Source of the DNA: Piscinibacter gummiphilus
GTDB lineage: Bacteria > Pseudomonadota > Gammaproteobacteria > Burkholderiales > Burkholderiaceae_C
DNA: 64,000 bases
NCBI RefSeq assembly: GCF_002116905.1
Contig: NZ_CP015118.1
Location: forward strand, 4,548,351-4,612,350
Direction of reading: 5' to 3'
The translations under genes and the position numbers were made by a program. This document shows, in pieces, positions 29,117 to 38,941 of the stretch; within the stretch, counting starts at the first letter, position 1; every line of letters begins with the position of its first letter. The notes beneath the pieces are model-generated. The model had not been told where the DNA came from. It did not search any database and worked only from the letters and a program-made list of their open reading frames with translations.

Positions 29117-29830
29117 ATGTCCGTGATCAAGAGAGTGGTGACCCTGCTGCGCGGCAGCGTGCGCGAGATCGGTGAAAGCGTGGTCGACGCCAACGCCACC
29201 CGCATCTACGAGCAGGAGATCGTCGACGCGCGCCAGGCCATCGTGGCCGCCCGCAACGACCTGACGATGGTGATGGCCAAGGAGATGCAGAGCGCCCGCG
29301 AGATCGAGCGCCTGCAGCAGGAGGCCGCGCGCTACGAATCGCTGGCCGTCGAGGCGCTCGACAAGTCGCAGGAGTCGCTGGCCGAGGAAGTGGCCGGCCG
29401 CGTGGCCGCGCTCGAGGAGGAACTCGCCGGCCAGACGAAGGCGCATGCGGCCTACGCGCTGCAGGTGGTCAAGCTGAAGGACCTGGTGCGCACCGCCGAG
29501 CAGCGCATCCGCGAACACGAACGCGAGATCGGCATCGCGAAGACCACCGAAAGCGTCTACCGCGCCACCCGCTCCATCTCGGAGAACCTGGGCAGCGGCG
29601 GCTCGCGCCTGCTGAACGCGCGCGAGTCGCTCGAACGCATCAAGCAGCGGCACGAGGAACTGGCCGACCGCATGACCGCGGCCGACCAGCTGGAAGGCGA
29701 ACTGGGCCATGGCGCACTCGACCGCAAGCTGCGCGAGGCGGGCATCGGCGAACAGGCCGACCGCCAGCGCGACGCGATGGCGCGCATCCGCGCCCGCGCG
29801 GCCACGCGCACGGCTCCCGCGGCCGAATGA
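29117..29830 (+). CDS. PspA/IM30 family protein (YjfJ-like)
   Basis: All-helical and coiled-coil-rich, with an N-terminal MSVIKRVVTLLRGSVREIGESVVDANATRIYEQEI typical of PspA/IM30/Vipp1-family starts; 237 aa. Confidence 0.8.
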   Translation: MSVIKRVVTLLRGSVREIGESVVDANATRIYEQEIVDARQAIVAARNDLTMVMAKEMQSAREIERLQQEAARYESLAVEALDKSQESLAEEVAGRVAALEEELAGQTKAHAAYALQVVKLKDLVRTAEQRIREHEREIGIAKTTESVYRATRSISENLGSGGSRLLNARESLERIKQRHEELADRMTAADQLEGELGHGALDRKLREAGIGEQADRQRDAMARIRARAATRTAPAAE

Positions 29831-30171
29831 CCGTGCGGCAGAAGCCGGCCCGCTGGACCTCGTCCGACGAGGCGATCCGGGCCGTCCAGGTCGCCTTCGA
29901 CGTCGAGGAGGCCGTGCTGCAGGCGGTGCGCCAGGCGGCGTTCGAGAACCACCTCTCGAACTCCGACCAGATCCGCAAGCTGCTCGACCTGCCCACGGCC
30001 GAGAAACCGAAGCGGCCGCGCCTGACCGTGTCGCTGAGCCCGGCCGACTATGAGCTGCTGGCGAAGCGCTACGGGCTGGCGGGCGACGACCGGCTGACCA
30101 TCAAGGAGCGGGTCACCGCGGAACTCATCGCCTTCGCCGGACAACCGGACGAGGGCACGCCGGCGCCATGA
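29827..30171 (+). CDS. hypothetical protein, possibly a tandem ribbon-helix-helix fold
   Basis: Two segments with a beta-strand then helix pattern (VQVAFDVEEAVLQAVRQAAF and LTVSLSPADYELLAKRYGL) suggest CopG/Arc-like RHH units. Its start overlaps the previous stop. Confidence 0.4.
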   Translation: MTVRQKPARWTSSDEAIRAVQVAFDVEEAVLQAVRQAAFENHLSNSDQIRKLLDLPTAEKPKRPRLTVSLSPADYELLAKRYGLAGDDRLTIKERVTAELIAFAGQPDEGTPAP

Positions 30172-30228
30172 CCGGCATCACGCGCGGCAGAACACAGAAC
30201 AGCGCGCGGAACCACGAGGGAGCAGGGA

Positions 30229-30858
30229 ATGGGAAACTTCTACGGGGCGGCCTTCGGCTTCCCCACGGCGATCTACACGGCGCTGCTGGGCATGGTGCTC
30301 TTCTACTGGGTGCTGGCCGTCGTCGGGGTCGTCGACTTCGACAGCAGCGGCATCGACCTCGAACTGCAGGCTGACGCCAGCGTCGACGACCTGGGCACCC
30401 TCGCCGGCTTCATCGTGGCCTTCGGCCTCGGCGGCGTGCCGTTCTCGGTCGCCATCAGCCTGCTCGTGCTGATCTCGTGGACCGTGTGCTGCCTGATCGC
30501 GATGTGGCTGCTGCCCCTCGTGCCCACGCTGCTCCTGCAGCTCGCCGCCGGCACCGCCGCCCTCCTCGGCAGCTTCGCGCTCGCGCTGCCCGCCACGGCC
30601 GTGAGCCTGCGGCCGCTGCGCCGCCTGTTCGTGACCCACGGCGCCGCCACCAACGCATCGCTCGTGGGGCAACGCTGCAGCGTGCTGACCAGCCGCGTCA
30701 CCGACACCTTCGGGCAGGCCGAGGTGCCGCGCCGCGGCGCCCCGCTCAACATCGACGTGCGTGCCGCCGAGCCCAACGTGTTCACCCGCGGCACCGCCGC
30801 CCGCATCGTCGACTACGACCCCGCCACACAACGCTATTCGATCGAACCCGAGGTGTGA
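30229..30858 (+). CDS. NfeD/YqiJ-like membrane protein (DUF1449-type flotillin partner)
   Basis: Three to four N-terminal TM helices and a C-terminal soluble OB-like segment (VGQRCSVLTSRVTDTFGQAEV...RIVDYDPATQRYSIEP). Architecture and position directly upstream of a flotillin match E. coli yqiJ-yqiK. Confidence 0.7.
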   Translation: MGNFYGAAFGFPTAIYTALLGMVLFYWVLAVVGVVDFDSSGIDLELQADASVDDLGTLAGFIVAFGLGGVPFSVAISLLVLISWTVCCLIAMWLLPLVPTLLLQLAAGTAALLGSFALALPATAVSLRPLRRLFVTHGAATNASLVGQRCSVLTSRVTDTFGQAEVPRRGAPLNIDVRAAEPNVFTRGTAARIVDYDPATQRYSIEPEV

Positions 30859-30932
30859 ACGCGCCCGCGCGCCACACCACCCCATCCATCGCTGTCACGC
30901 ATTCCAACCAATAAAGCTGAGGGAAGAAATTC

Positions 30933-33068
30933 ATGGAGCCCATCTTCATCGCCGTCGGAGTCCTGGCCCTGCTCATCCTGGGCCTGTTCGCCATGTTCGC
31001 CAAGTTCTACCGCAAGGTGGAGCAAGGCTACGCGCTCATCGTGAACACGCTGCGCGCCGACCCCGACGTCACCTTCACCGGCCACATGGTGTACCCCATC
31101 ATCCACAAGGCCGAGCTGATGGACATCTCCGTGAAGACCGTCGAGATCGACCGCTCGGGCAACCAGGGCCTGATCTGCAAGGACAACATCCGCGCCGACA
31201 TCAAGGTGAAGTTCTTCGTGCGCGTGAACAACACGGCCGACGACGTGCTGAAGGTGGCCCAGAACATCGGCTGCGAGCGCGCGTCGAACCACGAGACGCT
31301 CGAGGAGCTGTTCTCGGCCAAGTTCTCCGAAGGCCTCAAGACCGTCGGCAAGAAGATGGACTTCGTGGACCTGTACCAGGACCGCGCCCACTTCCGCGAG
31401 GAGATCCTGAAGGCCATCGGCGGTGACCTGTCCGGCTACAAGCTGGACGACGCCGCCATCGACTACCTCGAGCAGACGCCGCTGCACAAGCTCGATTCGA
31501 ACAACATCCTCGATGCCCAGGGCATCCGCAAGATCACCGAACTCACCGCGGTGGAGCACGTGCGCACGAACGAGCTGCGCCGCAACGAGGAGATGCAGAT
31601 CAAGAAGAAGGACGTCGAGGCGCAGGAGACGCTGCTGGAGCTCGAGCGCCAGCAGTCCGACGCCCAGTCGCGCCAGAAGCGCGAGGTGGCCTCGGTGCGC
31701 GCGCGCGAGGAAGCGGAGACCGCCAAGGTGCAGGCCGAGGAGCAGGCCAAGACCGAGCTCGCCCGCCTGAACACCGAGCAGGTCGTGTCGGTGCAGCAGG
31801 AGAACGTGCTGCGCGAGAAGGAAGTGGCCGAGAACAACCGCAAGCGTGCGGTGGCCATCGAGGAGGAAAAGGTCATCCGCGCCCGCCAGCTCGAGATCGT
31901 CGCGCGCGAGAAGGAAGTGACGCTGCAGCAGATCGACAAGGAAAAGGCGGTCGAGGTGCAGAAGAAGGCCATCGCCGACGTGATCCGCGAGCGCATCGTC
32001 GTCGAGCGCACGGTGGCCGAGCAGGAGGAGGCGATCAAGGACGTGCGTGTGGTGGCCGAGGCCGACCGCACGAAGAAATCCACGATCATCATGGCCGAAG
32101 GCCAGGCCGAAGAGAAGCTGGTGCTGGAGGTGAAGGCCGCCGAGGCCCAGGAGCGCCGCGCTCGCCACAAGGCCACCGAGGAGCAGACGCTCGCCGAGGC
32201 CCGCTTCAAGGTCGCCGAGCGTGACGCCGAATCGAAGAAGCGCGAGGCCGAAGGCCTCACCGCCATCGCCGCCGCCCCGGGCCTGGCCGACGCCCGCGTG
32301 CTGATCGCCAGCGCCGACGCGAAGGAGAAGCAGGGCCTCGTCGACGCCAAGGTGGAACTCGCGCGCGCCGAAGCGCTGCTGAAGACCGGCCAGGCCACCG
32401 CCACCGTGGTGGAAGCGACCGCCATGGCGGAAGCCTCCGGCCTGCGCGCGAAGCTCGAGGCCGAGGCGCAGGGCAAGGAAAAGCTGGGCATGGCCGAGGT
32501 GTCGGTGCGTGCCGCCGATGCGGACGCCGCGCTGAAGTCGGGCCAGGTCGACGCCCAGGTGGTCGAGGCCAAGTTCAACGCCGAGGCGAAGGGCCTGCGC
32601 GAGAAGTTCGAGGCCATGAAGGCCATGGGCCCGGACACCCGCGCGCACGAGGAGTACCGCATGCGCCTCGAGATGGCGCACGTCGAGACGCTCAAGGGCA
32701 TCGATGCGCAGACCGCCATCGCGAAGGACCAGGCCGAGGTGCTGGGCACGGCGCTCGCCAAGGCCAACATCGACATCGTCGGCGGCCAGGGCGACTACTT
32801 CGAGAGGTTCGTCAACGCCATCTCGATCGGCAAGAACATCGACGGCACCATCGCGAAGAGCAACACGCTGCAGGTCGCGTTCAAGGACCAGCTGGCCGGC
32901 AACCGCGACGTGATCGAGGACGTGCGCACGGTGGTGGGCGCGCTCGGCGACTCGACGGCCGAGCTGAAGGACCTCACCGTCTCGGCCCTGCTGGGCAAGG
33001 TGATGCGCGACGGCAGCGAGTCGCAGAAGGCCGCGCTGCAGGGGCTGCTGAACGGGTTCAAGCAGTAA
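30933..33068 (+). CDS. flotillin/SPFH (band 7) family protein, YqiK-like, extended (711 aa)
   Basis: N-terminal TM anchor MEPIFIAVGVLALLILGLFAMFAKFYRKV; SPFH core (ALIVNTLRAD ... GLICKDNIRADIKVKFFVRV); a very long Ala/Glu/Lys-rich coiled-coil (EA-repeat) region; flotillin C-terminal tail. Confidence 0.85.
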   Translation: MEPIFIAVGVLALLILGLFAMFAKFYRKVEQGYALIVNTLRADPDVTFTGHMVYPIIHKAELMDISVKTVEIDRSGNQGLICKDNIRADIKVKFFVRVNNTADDVLKVAQNIGCERASNHETLEELFSAKFSEGLKTVGKKMDFVDLYQDRAHFREEILKAIGGDLSGYKLDDAAIDYLEQTPLHKLDSNNILDAQGIRKITELTAVEHVRTNELRRNEEMQIKKKDVEAQETLLELERQQSDAQSRQKREVASVRAREEAETAKVQAEEQAKTELARLNTEQVVSVQQENVLREKEVAENNRKRAVAIEEEKVIRARQLEIVAREKEVTLQQIDKEKAVEVQKKAIADVIRERIVVERTVAEQEEAIKDVRVVAEADRTKKSTIIMAEGQAEEKLVLEVKAAEAQERRARHKATEEQTLAEARFKVAERDAESKKREAEGLTAIAAAPGLADARVLIASADAKEKQGLVDAKVELARAEALLKTGQATATVVEATAMAEASGLRAKLEAEAQGKEKLGMAEVSVRAADADAALKSGQVDAQVVEAKFNAEAKGLREKFEAMKAMGPDTRAHEEYRMRLEMAHVETLKGIDAQTAIAKDQAEVLGTALAKANIDIVGGQGDYFERFVNAISIGKNIDGTIAKSNTLQVAFKDQLAGNRDVIEDVRTVVGALGDSTAELKDLTVSALLGKVMRDGSESQKAALQGLLNGFKQ

Positions 33069-33074
33069 CCCGGC

Positions 33075-36000
33075 ATGGCGGACACCTCCTCCACCGACAC
33101 CACCGAACGGATGGTGGCCGACAGCGGCTCCTACGAGCTGCTGAAGAAGCGCCTCGCCGACCAGGGCGGCACGCTCCTCGAACAGGCCCGCGCGCTCAAC
33201 ACCGCGCGGCTGGCCGAGTTCGGCCGCTCCGAGCAGGCGATGATCCTGCGCACGCGGGCACGCACCGAGAACAACTGCGTCGCCCGCGACCTGGTCGTCA
33301 TCGGCGACCTGTTCCTGTTCGGCTACAACGTCTTCATCGGGCTGCGCAAGGAAACGGCCGTGGAGGACGTCTTCGCGCTGTACCGGCTGCCCGCGGCGGA
33401 CGGCGGCGACGAACTCGAATCGGTGCCGTCGGCCGGCACCTTCCTCGACGACCCGCGCTTCCTCGCCGACTTCCGCGAGCTCTACACCTACTACAAGCAG
33501 GCCACGCTGACGCAGCTGCGTGTCACGCACGACAAGCTGCTCGCGGCGTTCCAGATCGGCCAGCAGGTCAGCGACGTGCGGGTGTTCCGCTGGTCCATCG
33601 AGAACGACGGGGCGATCCGCTACACCGACAACCGCGGTGAACGCGACATCGCGCTGCCCCCGAGCCACGACTTCGAATGGACGGTGTGCACGCGCGAGGA
33701 CCACGTGGGCGGCAGCTTCCCCCACATCAACATCCTCGACACGGTGTTCGTCGAGACGCTCGGTGGCGACCTCACCGTCAAGATCGAGAACAACACCGAG
33801 ACCGGCCACGGCATCTACAGCGAGCCGGTGAGCGACCCCACGCAGTCGCTCACCGACGCCGAGGTGGCCTACGCGAAGCTCGGGCTGCTGATCCTGCTGC
33901 GGGTCAAGCCGTACCGCGAGACGCAGACGCGCTACCTCGTCTACAACACCCGCACACAGCAGGTGCAGCGCATCGACGCCATCGGCGCCTCGTGCATCCA
34001 GCTGCCGGAGGACCACGGCATCGTCTTCCCCGGCGGCTGCTACCTGCAGTCCGGCGAAACGAAGACCTTCGACCTGCCCGGCGAACTGGTGGACGCGCTG
34101 CGCTTCAAGCGCATGGTGCGTTCGCCGAACGGCGAGGACGTGCTCTACATCTTCTCGCAGCCGGCCAGCGGCCACTACGGCCTCTTCACGTACAACCTGA
34201 TCGAGAAGGCCCTGAGCCCGCCGATCGTCGTGAACGGCTACGCCCGGCTGCCCGACGGCCGCATGCTCGTGTTCCAGGCCGACCGCGGCGAACCCGTGCG
34301 TGTGCACCCGATGCAGCTGTGGCAGACGCCCTTCGCGCACGAGGAACACGCGAGCCGCCAGCCCCGGGGCACCGGCTTCTTCGGCCGCGTGGGCAACGCC
34401 GACCTCGTGCGCGGCGTGTCCGACCTGATGGGCATCGCCCGGGCCGTGCGCGAGCAGGTGCCCACCCGCGCCGCGTACGACGACCTGATCCGCCAGTGCA
34501 CCCGCCTGGCCGACGCATACTTCTGGCTCGACGCGCCCGAGGCCGGCGGCCTGCACACGACGCTGCGCGCCATCGCCGACGCGTCGCGCAACACCCTCGC
34601 CGAGTTCGAGAAGGTGGACGCCATCCGGCGCGACACCGCCCGCGCGCTCACGCAGGCCGAAGGCGCCCAACGCGCGCTCACCACCGACATCGCCAGCATG
34701 CTCTGGCGGCGTCCCGACGATTTCATGCAGGCGCTCGGCCGCCTGCGCGAGCAGCGCGGCCAGCTGCAGATGCTCCGCGAGCTGCGGTACGCCGACCTCG
34801 ACCGCATCGGTGCGATGGACGCCGAGCTCGTGGCGGAGCAGCAGCGCGTGGGCGAGCGCGCGCTGCAGTTCCTCGCGGACGAGCGGGCCTTCGACGGCCA
34901 CCAGAAGGAACTGGCACGCCTCGCCGCCGAACTGCCTCAGGCCGGCACCACGTCGCTGCTGGCCCAGGTGCTGGAAACGCTCGACGGCCTCGCCGCCGGT
35001 GTCGACGTGCTCACCGAACAGCTGGGCAACCTGCCGGGCGGCGACGCCGTCGTCCGCACCGCCATCCTCGACCGCATCTCGCTGCTCTACACCGAGATCA
35101 ACCGCCTGCGCGCCGACGCGCGCAACCGGCGCAAGACCCTCGGCTCGAGCGAGGCGGCCGCCGAGTTCGGCGCGCAGTTCAAGCTCTTCGGCCAGGCGGT
35201 CGACAACGCCCTCGAGTTCGCCGACACGCCCGAGAAGTGCGACGACACCCTCACCCGCCTGCTGGCCCAGCTGGAGGAACTGGAAGGCCGCTTCGCCGAA
35301 CAGGAAGGGTTCCTCGCCGACATCGCCGACAAGCGCGAAGCCGTGGTGGAAGCCCTGTCGGCCCGACGCCAGACGCTGGTCGACGCCCGGCAGCGCCGCG
35401 CACAGGCGCTGGTGGACGCGGCCGGCCGCATCCTCGACGGCGTGCCCCGCCGCGTGTCGCAGCTGGCCGACCTCGCGCAGGTGCACAGCTACTTCGCCGC
35501 CGACCCGCTGCTCGCGAAACTGCGCAAGCTGATCGAGGACCTGCGGGCGCAAGGCGCGGCCGTCGCCGCCGACGACCTCGACACGCGCCTCAAGACCGCC
35601 CGCGACTCGGCACTGCGCGCCGTGCGCGACAAGAGCGAACTCGTCGCCGACGACGGCAACACGCTGCGCCTCGGCCGCCACGCCTTCACGATCAACCGCC
35701 AGCCGCTCGATCTCACGCTGGTGCCGAAGGACGACGGGCTCGCCTATCACCTGTCCGGCACGGACTACCACGCGCCCGTGGACGAGCCTCGCCTCGCGCC
35801 ACTCGCCGCCTACGGGTCGCGGCCGCTGGTGTCGGAGAGCCCGTCGCTCGCCCGCGCCGAGTTCCTCGCCGGGCGCTTCCTCGAAGCCGCGCAGCGGGGC
35901 GAGGTGTCGCTCTCGTGGGACGAGTTGTCCCGCTTGGCCGGCGACGGCGCCGAGTCGCATGCGGCGCTGCTGTCGGCGCTGCGCCAGTACGCTGCCCCCC

Positions 36001-38234
36001 GCTACCAGGAGGGCTACCAGAAGGGTGTGCACGACGAGGACGCGGCCCGCGTGCTCGCCGCGCTGGTCTCGATGCAGGCCCAGGCCGGGCTGCTCGCCTG
36101 GGGCCCCACCGAGCGCGCGCTGGCCCAGCTCTACTGGCACCACGGCCGCTTCGTCGCCGAACGCGAGTCGCTGCAGCGGCGTGCCCGCGCGGCGATGCAG
36201 ATGCGCGAGCTGTTCGGGACTCGCGACGCGATGGTCCGGCTGGAGGCCGACATCGCACAGGCCCTGTCGGACTTCGCCCGCGAAGTGCTGCCCGACCTGC
36301 TGCCCGAGGACGGCGCCACCGACCGCGCGCAGCAGCTGGCCACGCTGACCCGACAGTCCGCCACGTACTTCATCCACCAGCTCGCGAGCGAACACGGTGC
36401 CGAAGCCTGGGTGCTGAGCGGCGCGGGCCAGGACCTGGCCGACGCGCTGTCGCGCGAGCTGGAACGCGGCGGCCGCCTGGCCGCCTGGTCGGCCGACCTC
36501 GACGCCGCCACCGCCCCCGAACGCTGGCGCCTCGCCCGCGACTGGGTGGGGGCGTTCGCCCGCACCCAGTCGCCCGACGCACTCGCCTGGATCGACGACG
36601 CCGCCATGGTGTTCGCCCTCCCCGGCCCCCGCGCGCGCATCAACGCCACCCTCGACGTCGCGCTGACCGGCCTGCTCGCCGAACACCCGCGCGTGGCCGG
36701 CGGCCAGCTCGCGCTGAACCTCAACGACTTCTGGCGCCGCTACCTGCACCACACCGGCCACGACGTGCCCGGCTTCGAAGCGCTGCAGGCGCTGCGCCAC
36801 GAGCTGATCGCGAAGGAGAAGACGCGCCTGCGGCTGACGCAGTTCCAGGCGAAGCCGCTGTCGACGTTCGTGCGCAACCGGCTCATCGACGAGGTGTACC
36901 TGCCACTCGTGGGCGACAACCTGGCGAAGCAGCTCGGCGCGGCCGGTGAAGGCAACCGCACCGACCGCATGGGCCTGCTGCTGCTCATCTCGCCGCCGGG
37001 CTACGGCAAGACAACGCTGATGGAGTACGTGGCGGACCGCCTGGGCCTGATCTTCGTGCGCATCAACTGCCCCGCGCTCGGCCACCAGGTCACGAGCATC
37101 GACCCGGCCACCGCGCCCAACAGCGCCGCGCGCCAGGAACTCGAGAAGCTCAACCTCGGGCTCGAGATGGGCAACAACGTGATGCTGTACCTCGACGACA
37201 TCCAGCACACGAACCCCGAGTTCCTGCAGAAGTTCATCGCGCTGGCCGACGGCACGCGCCGCATCGAAGGCGTGTGGAACGGCGAGACCCGCAGCCACGA
37301 CCTGCGCGGCAAGCGCTTCGCGGTGGTGATGGCGGGCAACCCGTACACCGAGTCGGGCGACGTGTTCAAGATCCCGGACATGCTGGCCAACCGCGCGGAC
37401 ATCTACAACCTGGGTGACGTGCTGGGCGGCAAGGAGGCGATCTTCGCGCTGTCGTACATCGAGAATGCGCTCACCGCGAACCCCGCGCTGATGCCGCTCG
37501 CCTCGCGCGACCCGCAGGACGTGCACCGCCTCGTGCGCCTGGCCTCGGGCGAGGACGTGCCGTCGAGCACGTTCACGCACGCGTACAGCGCGGCTGAACT
37601 GGAAGAACTCACCGCGCTGATGCAGCGGCTCTTCCGCGCGCGCGACCTGCTGCTCAAGGTCAACCTCGCCTACATCGAGTCGGCCGCGCAGCAGGATGCC
37701 TACCGCACCGAGCCGCCGTTCAAGCTGCAGGGCAGCTACCGCAACATGACGAAGCTCGCGGGCAAGATCACCGCGCTGATGCGCGACGACGAACTCGACG
37801 CGCTGCTGCGCGACCACTACCGCGGCGAGGCGCAGACGCTCACGACCGGCGCGGAGGAGAACCTGCTCAAGCTCGCGCAGCTGCTGGGCCGCCCCACGGC
37901 CGACGAGGACAGGCGCTACCGCGACATCCGCGACGAGTTCGTCCGGCGCCGCAAGCTGGGCGGCGACGACACCGACGGCAGCACGCGCATCGCCAGCACC
38001 CTCCTCGACGTGGCCCGCGCGGTCGACGGCCTGAAGCCGGAGGCGCCGAACGACGAGGGCCGGCGCATGGCCGACGCGCTGCTCGAGTTGTCGATCACGT
38101 ACCGCAAGATCATGGTGCCGCTGATCGCCGCCACCGAACACCGGCTGAAGCTCGACAGCTCCATCCGCGACGAGGTCGAACGGGTCGGCCGCGCGCTGGA
38201 GGACGTCAAGCGCAAGACCTCGCCGAAGGCCTGA
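33075..38234 (+). CDS. giant multidomain protein (1719 aa) with C-terminal MoxR/AAA_5-like AAA+ ATPase domain
   Basis: Walker A LLLISPPGYGKTTLMEY, Walker B VMLYLDDIQH, sensor-1 region FAVVMAGNPY (NP after sensor 1 is typical of MoxR/AAA_5). Long coiled-coil/helical central region. The N-terminal 500 aa match no motif I recognise. Start lies 7 nt after the flotillin stop. Confidence 0.75.
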   Translation: MADTSSTDTTERMVADSGSYELLKKRLADQGGTLLEQARALNTARLAEFGRSEQAMILRTRARTENNCVARDLVVIGDLFLFGYNVFIGLRKETAVEDVFALYRLPAADGGDELESVPSAGTFLDDPRFLADFRELYTYYKQATLTQLRVTHDKLLAAFQIGQQVSDVRVFRWSIENDGAIRYTDNRGERDIALPPSHDFEWTVCTREDHVGGSFPHINILDTVFVETLGGDLTVKIENNTETGHGIYSEPVSDPTQSLTDAEVAYAKLGLLILLRVKPYRETQTRYLVYNTRTQQVQRIDAIGASCIQLPEDHGIVFPGGCYLQSGETKTFDLPGELVDALRFKRMVRSPNGEDVLYIFSQPASGHYGLFTYNLIEKALSPPIVVNGYARLPDGRMLVFQADRGEPVRVHPMQLWQTPFAHEEHASRQPRGTGFFGRVGNADLVRGVSDLMGIARAVREQVPTRAAYDDLIRQCTRLADAYFWLDAPEAGGLHTTLRAIADASRNTLAEFEKVDAIRRDTARALTQAEGAQRALTTDIASMLWRRPDDFMQALGRLREQRGQLQMLRELRYADLDRIGAMDAELVAEQQRVGERALQFLADERAFDGHQKELARLAAELPQAGTTSLLAQVLETLDGLAAGVDVLTEQLGNLPGGDAVVRTAILDRISLLYTEINRLRADARNRRKTLGSSEAAAEFGAQFKLFGQAVDNALEFADTPEKCDDTLTRLLAQLEELEGRFAEQEGFLADIADKREAVVEALSARRQTLVDARQRRAQALVDAAGRILDGVPRRVSQLADLAQVHSYFAADPLLAKLRKLIEDLRAQGAAVAADDLDTRLKTARDSALRAVRDKSELVADDGNTLRLGRHAFTINRQPLDLTLVPKDDGLAYHLSGTDYHAPVDEPRLAPLAAYGSRPLVSESPSLARAEFLAGRFLEAAQRGEVSLSWDELSRLAGDGAESHAALLSALRQYAAPRYQEGYQKGVHDEDAARVLAALVSMQAQAGLLAWGPTERALAQLYWHHGRFVAERESLQRRARAAMQMRELFGTRDAMVRLEADIAQALSDFAREVLPDLLPEDGATDRAQQLATLTRQSATYFIHQLASEHGAEAWVLSGAGQDLADALSRELERGGRLAAWSADLDAATAPERWRLARDWVGAFARTQSPDALAWIDDAAMVFALPGPRARINATLDVALTGLLAEHPRVAGGQLALNLNDFWRRYLHHTGHDVPGFEALQALRHELIAKEKTRLRLTQFQAKPLSTFVRNRLIDEVYLPLVGDNLAKQLGAAGEGNRTDRMGLLLLISPPGYGKTTLMEYVADRLGLIFVRINCPALGHQVTSIDPATAPNSAARQELEKLNLGLEMGNNVMLYLDDIQHTNPEFLQKFIALADGTRRIEGVWNGETRSHDLRGKRFAVVMAGNPYTESGDVFKIPDMLANRADIYNLGDVLGGKEAIFALSYIENALTANPALMPLASRDPQDVHRLVRLASGEDVPSSTFTHAYSAAELEELTALMQRLFRARDLLLKVNLAYIESAAQQDAYRTEPPFKLQGSYRNMTKLAGKITALMRDDELDALLRDHYRGEAQTLTTGAEENLLKLAQLLGRPTADEDRRYRDIRDEFVRRRKLGGDDTDGSTRIASTLLDVARAVDGLKPEAPNDEGRRMADALLELSITYRKIMVPLIAATEHRLKLDSSIRDEVERVGRALEDVKRKTSPKA

Positions 38235-38239
38235 CCACC

Positions 38240-38932
38240 ATGGAACTTCTCCTGACCCAGATCGAACTGTCGATCGCCGACGAGCGCCTGAGCGACGACG
38301 AGAAGCGCGCCCTCACGCAGGCGCTGCGCCAGGCGTCACCGCCCGAGGAAGGGCTGCGCCAACTGCGCAACCGCGCGTTCGACCTCGTGCGCGAGCGCCT
38401 CGCGGCGTCGCCTTCGCCCGACGACGTGGCCGGCCTGCTGAAGTGGCTCGAGGGTGTCGTGCGCGCGCTGGACGTGGGCCGCGCGCCACAGGGCACGCCG
38501 GTCGCGTCGGCCTGTTTCAGTCCCGGCATGGCCTGCCTGCAGGCCATCGTCGACCGCCTGCGTGCGGCGCGGCGCCAGGCCGACCTCTGCGTCTTCACGC
38601 TGTCGGACGACCGCATCACGGCCGAGGTGCTGGCGGCCCACGCGCGCGGCGTGGCCGTGCGCATCGTGACCGACAACGACAAGGAGTTCGACGCCGGCAG
38701 CGACATCGCGCAGCTGCGCCAGGCCGGCATTCCCGTGGCCGTCGATCGCACCGACGCGCACATGCACCACAAGTTCGCGCTGTTCGACGGCACGTGGCTG
38801 CTCAACGGCAGCTACAACTGGACGCGCAGCGCGGCGCAGGTCAACGAGGAGAACCTCGTGGTCCAGAACGACCCCGGCCTCGTGCGCCAGTTCCAGGTGC
38901 AGTTCGACACCCTCTGGAAACGACTCCACTAG
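38240..38932 (+). CDS. phospholipase D-like protein with a single HKD motif (Nuc-like putative nuclease)
   Basis: HMHHKFALFDGTWLLNGSYNWTRSA is a canonical HxK(x)4D(x)6GSxN motif. Only one copy in 230 aa, as in dimeric Nuc/BfiI-type PLD nucleases. Confidence 0.75.
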   Translation: MELLLTQIELSIADERLSDDEKRALTQALRQASPPEEGLRQLRNRAFDLVRERLAASPSPDDVAGLLKWLEGVVRALDVGRAPQGTPVASACFSPGMACLQAIVDRLRAARRQADLCVFTLSDDRITAEVLAAHARGVAVRIVTDNDKEFDAGSDIAQLRQAGIPVAVDRTDAHMHHKFALFDGTWLLNGSYNWTRSAAQVNEENLVVQNDPGLVRQFQVQFDTLWKRLH

Positions 38933-38941
38933 GACCCGCCC

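Noticed and set aside
30834-38141. 2435-aa ORF on the minus strand, the longest in the window
   Set aside because: It is the antisense frame of the flotillin and giant-ATPase genes. Its composition is extreme (Arg/Ala/Gly/Val/Leu-dominated with no motifs), as expected for a stop-free antisense frame in 70% GC DNA. The plus-strand proteins carry clear SPFH and AAA+ motifs.
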